Source: Bradyrhizobium sp. (GTDB lineage Bacteria; Pseudomonadota; Alphaproteobacteria; Rhizobiales; Beijerinckiaceae). From it: a DNA stretch of 64,000 nt. This document shows positions 1-9,353 of the stretch, in pieces (within the stretch, counting starts at the first letter, position 1; each line of letters opens with the position of its first letter). The stretch is from contig JANLPL010000250.1 in the NCBI GenBank assembly GCA_031367195.1, forward strand, positions 12,569 through 76,568, written 5' to 3'. Made by a program: the position numbers and the translations under genes. The notes beneath the pieces are model-generated. The model was not told where the DNA came from, did no database searches, and saw nothing but the letters and a program-made list of their open reading frames with translations.

Positions 1-986
1 TGTGTCTCGCGATCCCGGAGGCCTACGGCGGCGCGGGCGGCGATTACCGGCACGAAGTCGTGCTGATGGAGACGATGGCGCGCAAGGGCGTCGACGGCTT
101 CGGCGCCTCGCTGCATAATTCCATCGTCGCGCCCTACATCTATCATTACGGCTCGGAGGAGCAGAAGCGGCGCTGGCTGCCGCGCATGGCGTCAGGCGAA
201 CTCGTCGGCGCCATCGCGATGAGCGAACCCGGCGCCGGCTCCGACCTGCAAGGCATTCGCACCAGCGCCAGGCGCGGCGGCAACCAATATGTGATCAACG
301 GCCAAAAGACTTTCATCACCAACGGCCAGACCGCCAATCTCGTCATCGTCGTCGCCAAGACCGACCCCGCCGCCGGCGCCAGGGGCACCTCGCTGATCGT
401 GGTCGAGACCGACGAGACAGAGGGTTTCGCGCGCGGGCGAAAGCTCGACAAGGTGGGTCTCGACGCGCAGGACACGTCCGAACTGTTTTTCAACGAAGCC
501 CGCGTGCCGACCTCCAACCTGATCGGCGCCGACGAGGGTCAGGGTTTTGTGCAACTGATGCAGCAATTGCCGCAGGAGCGGCTCAACATCGCGGTCGGGG
601 GCATGGCGGTGATCGAGCGCGCCGTGCAACTGACCATCGACTACGTGAAGGAACGACAGGCGTTCGGCCGCCGCATCCTCGATTTCCAGAATACGCAATT
701 CGTGCTGGCGGAGTGCAAGACGGAGGCGAATGTCGGCCGCGTCTTCGTTGATCGGTTGATTGGCCTGCATCTCGAAGGCAAGCTCGACGCGGCGACGGCC
801 TCGATGGCGAAATACTGGGTCACCGACCTTGAATGCAAAATCGTCGACCGCTGCCTGCAATTGTTCGGCGGCTACGGCTTCATGAACGAATACCCGATCG
901 GGCGCATGTTCCGGGACACCCGCGTGCAGCGGATTTACGGCGGCACGAACGAGATCATGAAGCTGTTGATCGCGAGGACGCTGTAG
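1..986 (+). CDS. Acyl-CoA dehydrogenase (5' end truncated by window edge)
   Basis: Open frame from base 3 (CLAIPEAYGGAGGD...); motifs GAIAMSEPGAGSDL, INGQKTFITNG, RQAFGR, QLFGGYG, RIYGGTNEIMK. Confidence 0.95.
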   Translation, partial: CLAIPEAYGGAGGDYRHEVVLMETMARKGVDGFGASLHNSIVAPYIYHYGSEEQKRRWLPRMASGELVGAIAMSEPGAGSDLQGIRTSARRGGNQYVINGQKTFITNGQTANLVIVVAKTDPAAGARGTSLIVVETDETEGFARGRKLDKVGLDAQDTSELFFNEARVPTSNLIGADEGQGFVQLMQQLPQERLNIAVGGMAVIERAVQLTIDYVKERQAFGRRILDFQNTQFVLAECKTEANVGRVFVDRLIGLHLEGKLDAATASMAKYWVTDLECKIVDRCLQLFGGYGFMNEYPIGRMFRDTRVQRIYGGTNEIMKLLIARTL

Positions 987-992
987 CTCCGC

Positions 993-1778
993 TCACATCC
1001 CCTCGCCCCCGTCCACCGTCAGAATCGTCCCCGTGATGTGTCGCGCGCGGGGGCTGAGCAGGAACAGCACCGCCTCGGCGACATCCTCCGGCGTAGCGAT
1101 CCGCCGCGCCGGAATGCCCGCCACCATCGCCTCGCGGTCGAGCCGGCCGGCGGCGAAATCGGCCGCCACGCCCGGCGTCTCGATATGGCCGGGCGCGACG
1201 GCGTTGACCCTGACGCCGCGCGGCGTCCATTCCAGCGCCATCACCTTGGTCAGCATCTCCAGCGCCGCCTTCGAGGCGCCGTAGAGCCCGCATCCCAGCG
1301 CCGCCCGCGAGCCGGCGATGCTGGAGATGTTGACGATCCCCCCCTGCGCCCCGCGCGCGAACACGGATCGGGCAAAGGCCTGCGCGAGGAACAGCGGCCC
1401 CATGGCGTTGGCGCCAAAAATCGCCGCTGCTGCTTCCGGCGAGACCTCGACCAGCGGGGCAAGCGCGAACTGGGCGGCGTTATTGACGAGCCCGTCGAGC
1501 GCCCCGAACCGCGCGCTCGCCTCCTCGACGATGCGCCGACAGTCCCCGGGAGAACTGACGTCGGCGCATATCGCCAGCCCCCCCGCCTCGCGCGCGGCGG
1601 CCTCGGCCGCTGCCGCATTGCGCCCCACGACCGCCACCCGCGCTCCTTCGGCCGCAAGCGCGCGCAAGATTCCGCGCCCGAGCCCTTGCGAGCCGCCGGT
1701 GACGATAAAGCTCTTGCCGGAAAATTCGGGCCAGCGGGCCAAGCGCGGCTCCTTCACGCAAACGGGATTGCCGCGCAT
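993..1778 (-). CDS. Short-chain dehydrogenase/reductase (SDR)
   Basis: TGGSQGLG Rossmann motif, LVNNAA, NISS, YGASK catalytic motif, VNAVAPG; exact start uncertain. Confidence 0.93.
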   Translation of the reverse strand: MRGNPVCVKEPRLARWPEFSGKSFIVTGGSQGLGRGILRALAAEGARVAVVGRNAAAAEAAAREAGGLAICADVSSPGDCRRIVEEASARFGALDGLVNNAAQFALAPLVEVSPEAAAAIFGANAMGPLFLAQAFARSVFARGAQGGIVNISSIAGSRAALGCGLYGASKAALEMLTKVMALEWTPRGVRVNAVAPGHIETPGVAADFAAGRLDREAMVAGIPARRIATPEDVAEAVLFLLSPRARHITGTILTVDGGEGM

Positions 1779-1822
1779 TAAAGCGCCGCGCGGACGACTT
1801 GGAAAGCGCTCCTCGCGCGCCT

Positions 1823-3523
1823 ATGTCCGCAGCCATGAGCGACGGGGCGGTGAACACGGGGACGGCGACAGCGGGGCCAGCCGATTGCCCGCGCTCGGCA
1901 TGGGCGGTGTTCGAAAGCCGGCCCTTCACGCGGATCTGGGGCGCGACCCAACTTGGCCTCGCCGGCATCGCCATGTCGGACGCCGCCTCCGTCTGGCTGA
2001 TGACGAGCCTGGACGCCGACCCGCGCTCGGTGTCGCTGGTGCAGGTCGCCGCCTTCCTGCCGATGTTCCTCCTCACGCTGCCGGCCGGCGCGCTGGTCGA
2101 TATCGTCGAGCCGCGCCGCTTCCTGCTGGCGCTGGAGAGCTTTATCACCGCGCTGGTCGTCGTGTTCGCGCTGATGGTGACATTCAATCTGGCGACGGTC
2201 GGCTCGCTGCTTACGCTCACCTTTCTGCTCAGCGCGGCTTGGTCGGTCGCCGCGCCCGCCTGGGCGGCGTTGACGCCCCTGCTGGTGCCGCGCGACGACC
2301 TCGAAGGCGCGGCGGCCGCCAACACCATCGGATACAGCGCCAGCCGCGCCATCGGCCCCGCGCTCAGCGGCCGGCTGATCGCCTCGCTCGGCGTCGCCGC
2401 GCCGTTCTGGGGCTTTGCCCTAGCCAACGCCGTCAGCTTGGTCGCGCTGCTGATGTGGAAACCCGCGCCGCATCGCCCGCGCGATCTGCCGGCCGAGCGG
2501 CTCATCAGCGCGGTGCGCGCCGGCCTGCGCCATTCCCTCTACAATCCGCATTTGCGCGCGACTTTGGTGCGCACGCTCGCGGTCTTTCCCTTCGCGGCGG
2601 CCTTCCTGGCGCTGCTGCCGCTGGTCGCGCGCAGCCAGATGACCTCGGGGCCGCAAATCTATGGCCTCCTGCTTGCGACGGCGAGCGTGGGCGCGGCGGC
2701 GGGTTCCGTCGTGCGGCCCTATATCAAGATCCGACTTGGGCCGGACCGCTACGTCGCCGTCGGCACGATCGCGCTGGCGACCGCCTTGACGCTGTTCGGC
2801 CTGTGCCACTCGTGGCCGTTCGCCTTCCTGGCCGCTTTTCTTGCCGGCGCGGGCTGGACCATGGTGCTGGCCAGCCTCAGCCTGTCGGCGCAGATCGCGC
2901 TGCCGGATTGGGTGCGCGGGCGCGGACTGGCGGTGTTCCTCACCACGGTGTTCGGCGCGATTGTGGTCGGAAGCTTCGTCTGGGGCTGGACTGCGGCGCA
3001 TCTGGGCCTGCCGGCGGCGCATTTCCTCGCCGCCGCTGGAGCTATCGCCTTCATTCCGCTGACCTGGCGGTGGCGCCTGCAAACCGCCGAGGGCGTCGAT
3101 CTGTCGCCGTCGATGCACTGGCAGGCGCCGATTCTGGCGCACGAGGTGCGGGACGACAGCGGCCCGGTGCTCGTCACCCTGAGCTACAAGCTGGCCGGCG
3201 ACGACCCCGATCGCTTCCTCGACGCGATCGAGGAGATCGGCAGGCAGCGGCGGCGCGACGGCGCCTATGCCTGGGGCGTTTTCGCCGATGTCGCGGAGAA
3301 TAACGTCTATCTCGAAACCTTCCTGATCGGCTCCTGGCTGGAGGCGCGCTACCTGCGCCAACGCGTCACCAAATCGGACCGCGAGCGGGAGGACCTCGTC
3401 AAGTCAATGCTCACCGAGCCGGCGACCCTGACGCTGATGCTCGCCTCCGACTCGCCCAAAACAGGGGAAGAGACGCAGCCCGACATCAATTTCTACTTCA
3501 CCACGTCTGAAACGACCGCCTGA
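1823..3523 (+). CDS. MFS transporter (transmembrane secretion effector-like) with C-terminal soluble domain
   Basis: About 12 hydrophobic helices, PAGALVDIVEPRR loop motif, C-terminal RRRDGAYAWG...YLETFLIGSW domain; start chosen at ATG 1823 (1835 possible). Confidence 0.88.
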   Translation: MSAAMSDGAVNTGTATAGPADCPRSAWAVFESRPFTRIWGATQLGLAGIAMSDAASVWLMTSLDADPRSVSLVQVAAFLPMFLLTLPAGALVDIVEPRRFLLALESFITALVVVFALMVTFNLATVGSLLTLTFLLSAAWSVAAPAWAALTPLLVPRDDLEGAAAANTIGYSASRAIGPALSGRLIASLGVAAPFWGFALANAVSLVALLMWKPAPHRPRDLPAERLISAVRAGLRHSLYNPHLRATLVRTLAVFPFAAAFLALLPLVARSQMTSGPQIYGLLLATASVGAAAGSVVRPYIKIRLGPDRYVAVGTIALATALTLFGLCHSWPFAFLAAFLAGAGWTMVLASLSLSAQIALPDWVRGRGLAVFLTTVFGAIVVGSFVWGWTAAHLGLPAAHFLAAAGAIAFIPLTWRWRLQTAEGVDLSPSMHWQAPILAHEVRDDSGPVLVTLSYKLAGDDPDRFLDAIEEIGRQRRRDGAYAWGVFADVAENNVYLETFLIGSWLEARYLRQRVTKSDREREDLVKSMLTEPATLTLMLASDSPKTGEETQPDINFYFTTSETTA

Positions 3524-4079
3524 CCTTGTCGCGGAATTCCTCGCGCGTCGCGGCGTCGGCTTTGTCCATGCCATAGGCCGCGAGATAGTCGAGCGGGGCG
3601 TCGGGGGCGACTAGCGGATGCAGATTGTGCCGCACGAACCGGCGCGGCAGGTCGCCGACCCGTTTCGTGCGCTCGCGATCCGCGCCATAGAGCACGACCG
3701 CGGCGAGCCGGCGCACATTATGCAGGCGCGGATAGAACACGCCTTCCTCGACCTCGAACACGACGCCGCGCAGAAAAACCCGGTCGAAATAGCCTTTGAG
3801 AATGGCGGGCGGCCCATCGTGCCAGACCGGAAACACGAAGGCCAGCGCCTCCGCCGCCATCAGACTGCGGGCATAATGTTCGACGCCAATGCGGTTGGCC
3901 GGAGCCTCGAGATATTTGCGATAAGTCGCGCGCGGCAAAACCGGGTCGAAGTCTTCCGCGTATAGATCGCAGGCGTCGACGAAATAGCCCCGCCCGACCA
4001 GGGTGGCGCAAACCTCGCGATACAGCGCCGAGGCGAAGCTGTCAGGAGAGGGGTGGGCGTGGACGACGAGCGCGCGCAA
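3498..4079 (-). CDS. Flavodoxin-like NAD(P)H dehydrogenase (quinone), Flavodoxin_2 family
   Basis: ALVVHAHPSPDSF start, FPVWHDGPPAILKGYFDRVF motif; TTG start. Confidence 0.9.
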   Translation of the reverse strand: MRALVVHAHPSPDSFASALYREVCATLVGRGYFVDACDLYAEDFDPVLPRATYRKYLEAPANRIGVEHYARSLMAAEALAFVFPVWHDGPPAILKGYFDRVFLRGVVFEVEEGVFYPRLHNVRRLAAVVLYGADRERTKRVGDLPRRFVRHNLHPLVAPDAPLDYLAAYGMDKADAATREEFRDKVRRSFQTW

Positions 4080-4121
4080 TTTTCCCGCGGGGATGGTTTA
4101 GGGGCTGGAAGGATTTATGGC

Positions 4122-4154
4122 GCCAATTCCTTTAAGCCAATTCCTTTAAGCAAT
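4122..4154. repeat. 14-bp perfect tandem repeat GCCAATTCCTTTAA x2 plus partial third copy in a divergent intergenic region
   Basis: Read directly: 4122-4135, 4136-4149, then GCAAT. Confidence 0.9.
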
Positions 4155-4261
4155 CTCATCGGGCGGCGAGGCCGCCGGCCGTTCAAAATCGGCCCGGGAT
4201 TGCATAACCCTGCGAGAGCCTCCATATCTTTGCAACGGATGTCAGCCGCGAACGAGCCCCC

Positions 4262-4993
4262 ATGTTCATGAACGTTGCCGAGGCCGCGCGGCGGCGGGTG
4301 CTGTCCAAGCTCGGTCTCGACCGGCTCGTGACGGCGGAATATCTCGACATCGCCGCCGGCCATCGCGCCCATGCCGAGCTGCAACGCACGCCGGCGACGT
4401 TCCACATCGACGGCCTGACCATCGAGGCGCCGGGCGGCGTATATCATCCCACGCCCGAATCCAGCTCGATGCTGTTCATCCGCAACATTCAGGCGCTTGC
4501 CGCGCCGTCCTTTCCGCGCATGTTGGAAATCGGCACGGGTTGCGGCGCTATCGCGCTGTTTGTAGCCCATCGCTGGGGCGGCTATGTCGTGGCGACCGAC
4601 ATTTCCGCGACGACGTTGGCCTCCGCTGAGGCCAACGCCCGCCGCAACGGCCTGTCGCCGCGCCTCGTCCAGTCCGATCTGTTCAAGTCGGTGGGGGAGG
4701 GCGATTTCGACCTCGTCGTATTCAACACGCCGCTGATCGACAAGGCGCCCGAGGACGATCTGGAGCGCCAGAGCCTGTGCGATCCCGGCGGCCGACTGCT
4801 GCGCGCTTATCTCGACGGGCTCGCCGGCGCGCTGGCGCCGGGCGGCGTCGCGCTGTTTGGAATCTGCTGCAACACGGCCTATCAACGGATCGAGGAGGTC
4901 GATCTCGATTTCGAGATCGTCGGGCTGGAGCTGATCGGCAAGGGGTTTTGGCGCGCGATTGTGGCCGCGCGACGCGTCACGCCGCCGGGCTGA
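4262..4993 (+). CDS. HemK/PrmC-like class I SAM-dependent methyltransferase
   Basis: LEIGTGCGAIA motif I, VATDIS, SDLF, DLVVFNTPL (variant of NPPY). Confidence 0.85.
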   Translation: MFMNVAEAARRRVLSKLGLDRLVTAEYLDIAAGHRAHAELQRTPATFHIDGLTIEAPGGVYHPTPESSSMLFIRNIQALAAPSFPRMLEIGTGCGAIALFVAHRWGGYVVATDISATTLASAEANARRNGLSPRLVQSDLFKSVGEGDFDLVVFNTPLIDKAPEDDLERQSLCDPGGRLLRAYLDGLAGALAPGGVALFGICCNTAYQRIEEVDLDFEIVGLELIGKGFWRAIVAARRVTPPG

Positions 4994-6617
4994 AATGCTT
5001 TCGCCCGCGCTGCGGCGCGATGAGATGCGTGACGACGGGCGTTTCGACCAATAGCTGGCGTACGCGCTCCTCGATGCGCCGGTCGGCGTTGGTCACGCGC
5101 TCGTAGAGATGCATCAGCTCCAACCAGCTCTCGATCAGGAAGGTTTCGGTATAGCGACCTTCCGTCGCGAGTTCTTCGAATATGCCCCAGGCATAGGCCC
5201 CGTCACGCCGGCGCTCGTGGCCGATCTCGCGCATGGCGCTTAAGAATTCATCGCGATGACCGGGGTCGATGCAATAGCGGATTGTCACCAGCGCCGGTCC
5301 CTGACTCCAGCCGACATCGAATGCGACGCGCGGCGAGCGCCAGTGCAGCGAGGGGGCGAGGTCGGCGCCGAGGCCGGATTGCAGCCGCGAGCCCCAGCTC
5401 ATCGGAATCGCGAGCAGCGCGCCGGCCGCCGCCACATAAAGCGCGAGATCGACGCCGCGCAGCGCCGCGATCTGGCCCCAAAGCGCGCTGGCGAAGGTCG
5501 AGGCGCCGAAAATCGCGGTGAGAAAGATCGCCAGCCCCCGGCCGCGCACCCAGTTCGGCAGCGAAAGCTGAGCCGAGACATAAAGTGTCGAGATAATGAG
5601 CGTCCACATCGCGCCCGCGATCACGCAAGCCGCCAGCGCGCTGACCGGATCGCGCGCCAGCGCGAACATTGCCAGCGCGACCGCCGTGCCGACGCTCGCG
5701 AAAGCCACCAGCGCATCCGGCCCAAGCCAGGCCTTCAGCCGCGACAGCGTGGCCGAGCCGACGATGGCGCCGACGCCGATGGCGGCGAGCAGCAAGCCGT
5801 AAAACGCCGCGCCCTGCGCCGGTTGCGCGCGCGCGATCAGCGGTAGCAGCGCCCAATAGGCGCTGGCGAAGGGAAAGAAGGCGAGCGTTCGCACCAGCGT
5901 CGCGTGGAGATGGTGATTATGCCGCGCGTGGCGCACGCCGGTGCGGATCGCGCTCATGAAGCGCTCGGCCGGCAAACCGCTGGCGATGCGTCGGGGCGGT
6001 CGCCACCAGATCAGCGCGCCCAGGATCAACACATCGCTGATCGCGTTGATCCAGAACGGCGCCGACACCCCGACCCAGGCGATGACAAGGCCGCCGACCG
6101 CCGGACCGACCGCGCGGCTGACGTTATAGCCCGCCGTATTGGCCGCTACCGCCGCGTCGAGATCGCGCGGCGGCACAAGCAGAGGCGCGATGGAAACCCA
6201 CGCCGGCGCCGCCAGAGCGCCGCCGACGCCGAGCAGAAAAGTCGCGCCCAGCAACAGTTCGGGCGTCGCGAACCCCATCGACACCGCCGCCGCGAAAGTC
6301 GCGGAAACGACGAGAATCGCAATATTGACGCCGATCAGCAGGCGCCGCGCATCGACCAGATCGGTCAACGTCCCCGCGGGAATGGTGAACAGAAACAACG
6401 GCAGGCTGGTCGCGGTCTGGATCAGCGCGACCGTCATCGGTTCCCGGCTCATATTGGCCATGTACCAGCCGGTGGCGGTGTCGAACATGGCGATGCCGAC
6501 GTTCGAGAGCGTGCTCGCCGCCCAGATCACCGCGAAGGCGAGGCTGGCGAACGCCCCCCAGCGTGACTCCGGCTCCCCCTCACGGGGCTGCGGCGGTTTT
6601 GTCTCCCGGCTCAACAC
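4977..6617 (-). CDS. MFS transporter, paralog of 1823-3523
   Basis: PAGTLTDLVDARR, LPAERFMSAIRTG, LPNWVRGRGLA, RRRDGAYAWG shared with first MFS. Confidence 0.88.
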   Translation of the reverse strand: MLSRETKPPQPREGEPESRWGAFASLAFAVIWAASTLSNVGIAMFDTATGWYMANMSREPMTVALIQTATSLPLFLFTIPAGTLTDLVDARRLLIGVNIAILVVSATFAAAVSMGFATPELLLGATFLLGVGGALAAPAWVSIAPLLVPPRDLDAAVAANTAGYNVSRAVGPAVGGLVIAWVGVSAPFWINAISDVLILGALIWWRPPRRIASGLPAERFMSAIRTGVRHARHNHHLHATLVRTLAFFPFASAYWALLPLIARAQPAQGAAFYGLLLAAIGVGAIVGSATLSRLKAWLGPDALVAFASVGTAVALAMFALARDPVSALAACVIAGAMWTLIISTLYVSAQLSLPNWVRGRGLAIFLTAIFGASTFASALWGQIAALRGVDLALYVAAAGALLAIPMSWGSRLQSGLGADLAPSLHWRSPRVAFDVGWSQGPALVTIRYCIDPGHRDEFLSAMREIGHERRRDGAYAWGIFEELATEGRYTETFLIESWLELMHLYERVTNADRRIEERVRQLLVETPVVTHLIAPQRGRKHFSPAA

Positions 6618-6668
6618 CCTCTCCGCGACATGACCCCTCCCTCTGATATAGGGCGCTGATGTCGCGTT

Positions 6669-7307
6669 TCACCCCCGCGCCGCCAAAGCCGCCGCCACCT
6701 GCGCGCGCGACCAGACGCAGAGTTCGCGCTGCGGATAGGGGAAAACATAGTCGGGAATGCGGTAGAGCACCTCGCGCGGCAGCCGATAGGGCGGCTTGTA
6801 GAGGTCGATCAGCCGGAAGCCGCCGGGCGCGATGTCGGAATTGTCGAAATCGCTGACATTGAGATGCGTCGTCGTCATCAAGAAGCCGATGCGCGAGCGG
6901 CAAAAGCCTTCGAGCGCCGACCGGATCGCCGCCTCCGGCAGATGGAACAGGCAGTCGCGGCAGAACCAGAGATCGGCGTCGGGCAGCGGGTCGCTGGCGA
7001 TGTCGCACCGGACAAAGCGCCGTGTTTCGTCGCCATAGCGGGTCCGGTTCGCCTCGACCAACGGCGCCACGATGTCGCCGCCGATATAGCTGAAACCTTC
7101 AGGGAATTCGACCGCGCGCATCCAGTTGAAATCGCCGCAGGGCGCGTCGAACATCGACGCGACGCGGAACGCGCGCAGAAATTTCGCCAGTTCGTGGCGC
7201 AGGTTGTAGGTATAGTCCAGGGTCGAGCCGTCGCCGCTGAGGCTCTCGTCGTTGCCCCAGTAGTTCGACGCGGCGTGGCCGGCGAACACGGATTGCAAGT
7301 CTTTCAC
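6669..7307 (-). CDS. Class I SAM-dependent methyltransferase
   Basis: ESLSGDGS, MFDAPCGDFNWM, YIGGDIV, CRDCLFHL; GTG start 7307 overlaps upstream stop. Confidence 0.82.
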   Translation of the reverse strand: MKDLQSVFAGHAASNYWGNDESLSGDGSTLDYTYNLRHELAKFLRAFRVASMFDAPCGDFNWMRAVEFPEGFSYIGGDIVAPLVEANRTRYGDETRRFVRCDIASDPLPDADLWFCRDCLFHLPEAAIRSALEGFCRSRIGFLMTTTHLNVSDFDNSDIAPGGFRLIDLYKPPYRLPREVLYRIPDYVFPYPQRELCVWSRAQVAAALAARG

Positions 7308-8116
7308 GGGGCCTCCGGCGCGCCGGCGTTCCAGCGCGCGGTCAGTGCCGCGATCTCGTCCTGCGCGCATGTGCGCGCGAACCCGCCAAGCGCGCCGATT
7401 TCGTTAAACTGTTCGTGGAGAAACGAGCCCACCGGCGGCGCGACGTCGAAATCATAGGCCGTGCGGCGCAGCAACTCGCTCCATAGATGCACCATGTCCG
7501 AGCGCGCCGCCGCCTCGGCGACAGCCTCGCGTTCGCGCGGGTCGAACAGGCGCCAGAACTCGTCGGGCGCGATTGGGTAAAAGCGCTCCGGCGCCGCCGC
7601 GCTGGCATAGACGCCCTGCGCCTCGGCGATTTCGGTCAACAGATACGGCCCGATCGCGCCCCAGCCGATCTCGCGCCCTTCGGCCGCCCGCGCGTGGGCG
7701 AGCATTTCGGCGAGCACGGGGCTCTCCTGGGGCAGCCGCAACACCGCATTGTTGATCAGCGCCTTGCCCTTCGCCTCTGCCTGACAGCCCCAGATCAAGG
7801 GCGCGTCGAGCCCGCCGGGTCGCAGCGCCAGCATGTCCGCATCGACCCAGCACAGGTTTTCGCGCGCCATCATCTCATAGCGGAAACGGTCGGAGAAGGT
7901 CGCCAGCGACGCCCGCCCGCCGACGCGGTAGCGCTGCATCAGCCCGGAATCGGGGCAGATTTCGCGCGCATCGCGCCACGCCACGCCCTCGGGCAGGTCG
8001 AGGCGAGCGTCGTAGCTGAACAGCGCGAGATCCGCGCCGCGCTTAGGGAACGAGGCGAGGCAGGCGCGAATCAGCCCCGGCAGCGGCCCGTGCCAGAAGG
8101 TGGCGAAGCCGCTCAA
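7304..8116 (-). CDS. DXD-motif glycosyltransferase (GT32/Gly_transf_sug-like)
   Basis: ATFWHGPL N-terminus, FSDRFRY, WVDADML DXD motif, INNAVL, WGAIGP; TTG start 8116 overlaps upstream stop. Confidence 0.8.
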   Translation of the reverse strand: MSGFATFWHGPLPGLIRACLASFPKRGADLALFSYDARLDLPEGVAWRDAREICPDSGLMQRYRVGGRASLATFSDRFRYEMMARENLCWVDADMLALRPGGLDAPLIWGCQAEAKGKALINNAVLRLPQESPVLAEMLAHARAAEGREIGWGAIGPYLLTEIAEAQGVYASAAAPERFYPIAPDEFWRLFDPREREAVAEAAARSDMVHLWSELLRRTAYDFDVAPPVGSFLHEQFNEIGALGGFARTCAQDEIAALTARWNAGAPEAP

Positions 8117-8835
8117 AGAATCCGCGCCAGCACGTTGCGGCTCACGTCCTCCCAATCGGAGAACAAAGTCTCCGTCGCCAGATGCCCCAGCGCGACATAT
8201 TCGCAATAGACGTCGAAGATCCAACTCGCATTGATGTCGTCGAGCACTAGATGCTTGCCGCGCCCGCCCCGCGCCAGCCGCAGGCAGTTGGATATGTCGG
8301 CGCGACACAATTCGTCGGTGTGGCCGCCGTCGACGTGGAACAGGTCGAACTCCAGCCCCGGCACATGTGTCGCCAGCCGCGGCAGCGCCTCGCGCGAATC
8401 GCCGCGCCAGAACCGCACTCGGCCGGGGAATTCCTGCGCGAGAAAGGCGACGCAGGGCTCGACATAGCCGTGAACGCAGATATCTACGCCATGCCAGACG
8501 AGATCGGGATTGGCCGACAGACACAGCAAGGCGCCATGGCCGGCGTTGACGCCGACCTCCAGCATCGACCGTTTGAAGCGGGCGGCCCGCCACAGATTTC
8601 GACGCGCGGGGGCGAGGCTGGGGTCGGGCGCGTCGGGGACTTCCGCCGCGCGGTCCCAATAGAACAACCCGCCCTCGATCGTCTCGCCGCTTTCGCGCAC
8701 CAGCGCGTTGAGCCGGGCGAGACGGCCGAGGAAACTCGCCGAAAATTGCTCGACCGCCGTGCCGCGGTCGAGCTGGTAATCGCGGATTTCGGACGGTTTT
8801 AGCGGCCGGCCGGGGAGGAGGGTGCGGCCTGTCAC
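8113..8835 (-). CDS. Class I SAM-dependent methyltransferase (Methyltransf_24-like)
   Basis: MLEVGVNAGHGA, WHGVDI, GDSREAL, FHVDGGH, LVLDD; GTG start 8835 overlaps upstream stop. Confidence 0.8.
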   Translation of the reverse strand: MTGRTLLPGRPLKPSEIRDYQLDRGTAVEQFSASFLGRLARLNALVRESGETIEGGLFYWDRAAEVPDAPDPSLAPARRNLWRAARFKRSMLEVGVNAGHGALLCLSANPDLVWHGVDICVHGYVEPCVAFLAQEFPGRVRFWRGDSREALPRLATHVPGLEFDLFHVDGGHTDELCRADISNCLRLARGGRGKHLVLDDINASWIFDVYCEYVALGHLATETLFSDWEDVSRNVLARIL

Positions 8836-9353
8836 GGGCGTCCTGTCTGGAGATAGCGGAAGGCGGCGAGCAATTTCGCCCGCGTCGCGTCGTCCTGCAC
8901 CGAAATGTCGGTCTTGTCGGCGTGCGAGGATTGGTCGCCCCAAATCGCGGCCACGCAGCCCGGCGTCTTGCAGGCGAACATCAGCCCGCGCGCGGCTTCC
9001 CCTTTCGGCGTCACGTCGCCGGGTTCGGCGAACTCGGAGATTTCGACCTCGCCCAGCGAGAACGTCGCCTCATGCCGGCCCGGCGTCACCTTGCCCGCCT
9101 GCTCCTGCGTATAGCTCTCGCGCATGGCGACCTGCACCACGCCTTGCGCGGTCGTGAAGCGGATATCCTGCGTTAACCATTGGGAAACCAGGCCGTCGGC
9201 TTTCGTCAGATATTTCGGATTGTCGGCGGTCGCCTTGGGCAAGGCGCGGACAATATATTCCATCGCCTGCGCTTGCGAAGCGAACGGCGGTTGCGCCATG
9301 GCCGAACTCCCCCACAACCCCAGCGCGACAACAAGCGTCAGGCCCCTTTTCAT
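8832..9353 (-). CDS. Hypothetical secreted protein
   Basis: Signal peptide MKRGLTLVVALGLWGSSAMA|Q; ATGA overlap with upstream gene; no family recognised. Confidence 0.75.
   Translation of the reverse strand: MKRGLTLVVALGLWGSSAMAQPPFASQAQAMEYIVRALPKATADNPKYLTKADGLVSQWLTQDIRFTTAQGVVQVAMRESYTQEQAGKVTPGRHEATFSLGEVEISEFAEPGDVTPKGEAARGLMFACKTPGCVAAIWGDQSSHADKTDISVQDDATRAKLLAAFRYLQTGRP

Noticed and set aside
1318-3303. 661-aa ORF and similar Arg/Ala/Pro-rich alternative-frame ORFs across the window
   Set aside because: Overlap well-supported genes in other frames and have the low-complexity composition of GC-rich off-frames
4184-4204. Possible sigma-54 promoter (GG...TTGC) before the methyltransferase
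   Set aside because: GG-to-GC spacing is 9 nt, not the strict 10 nt
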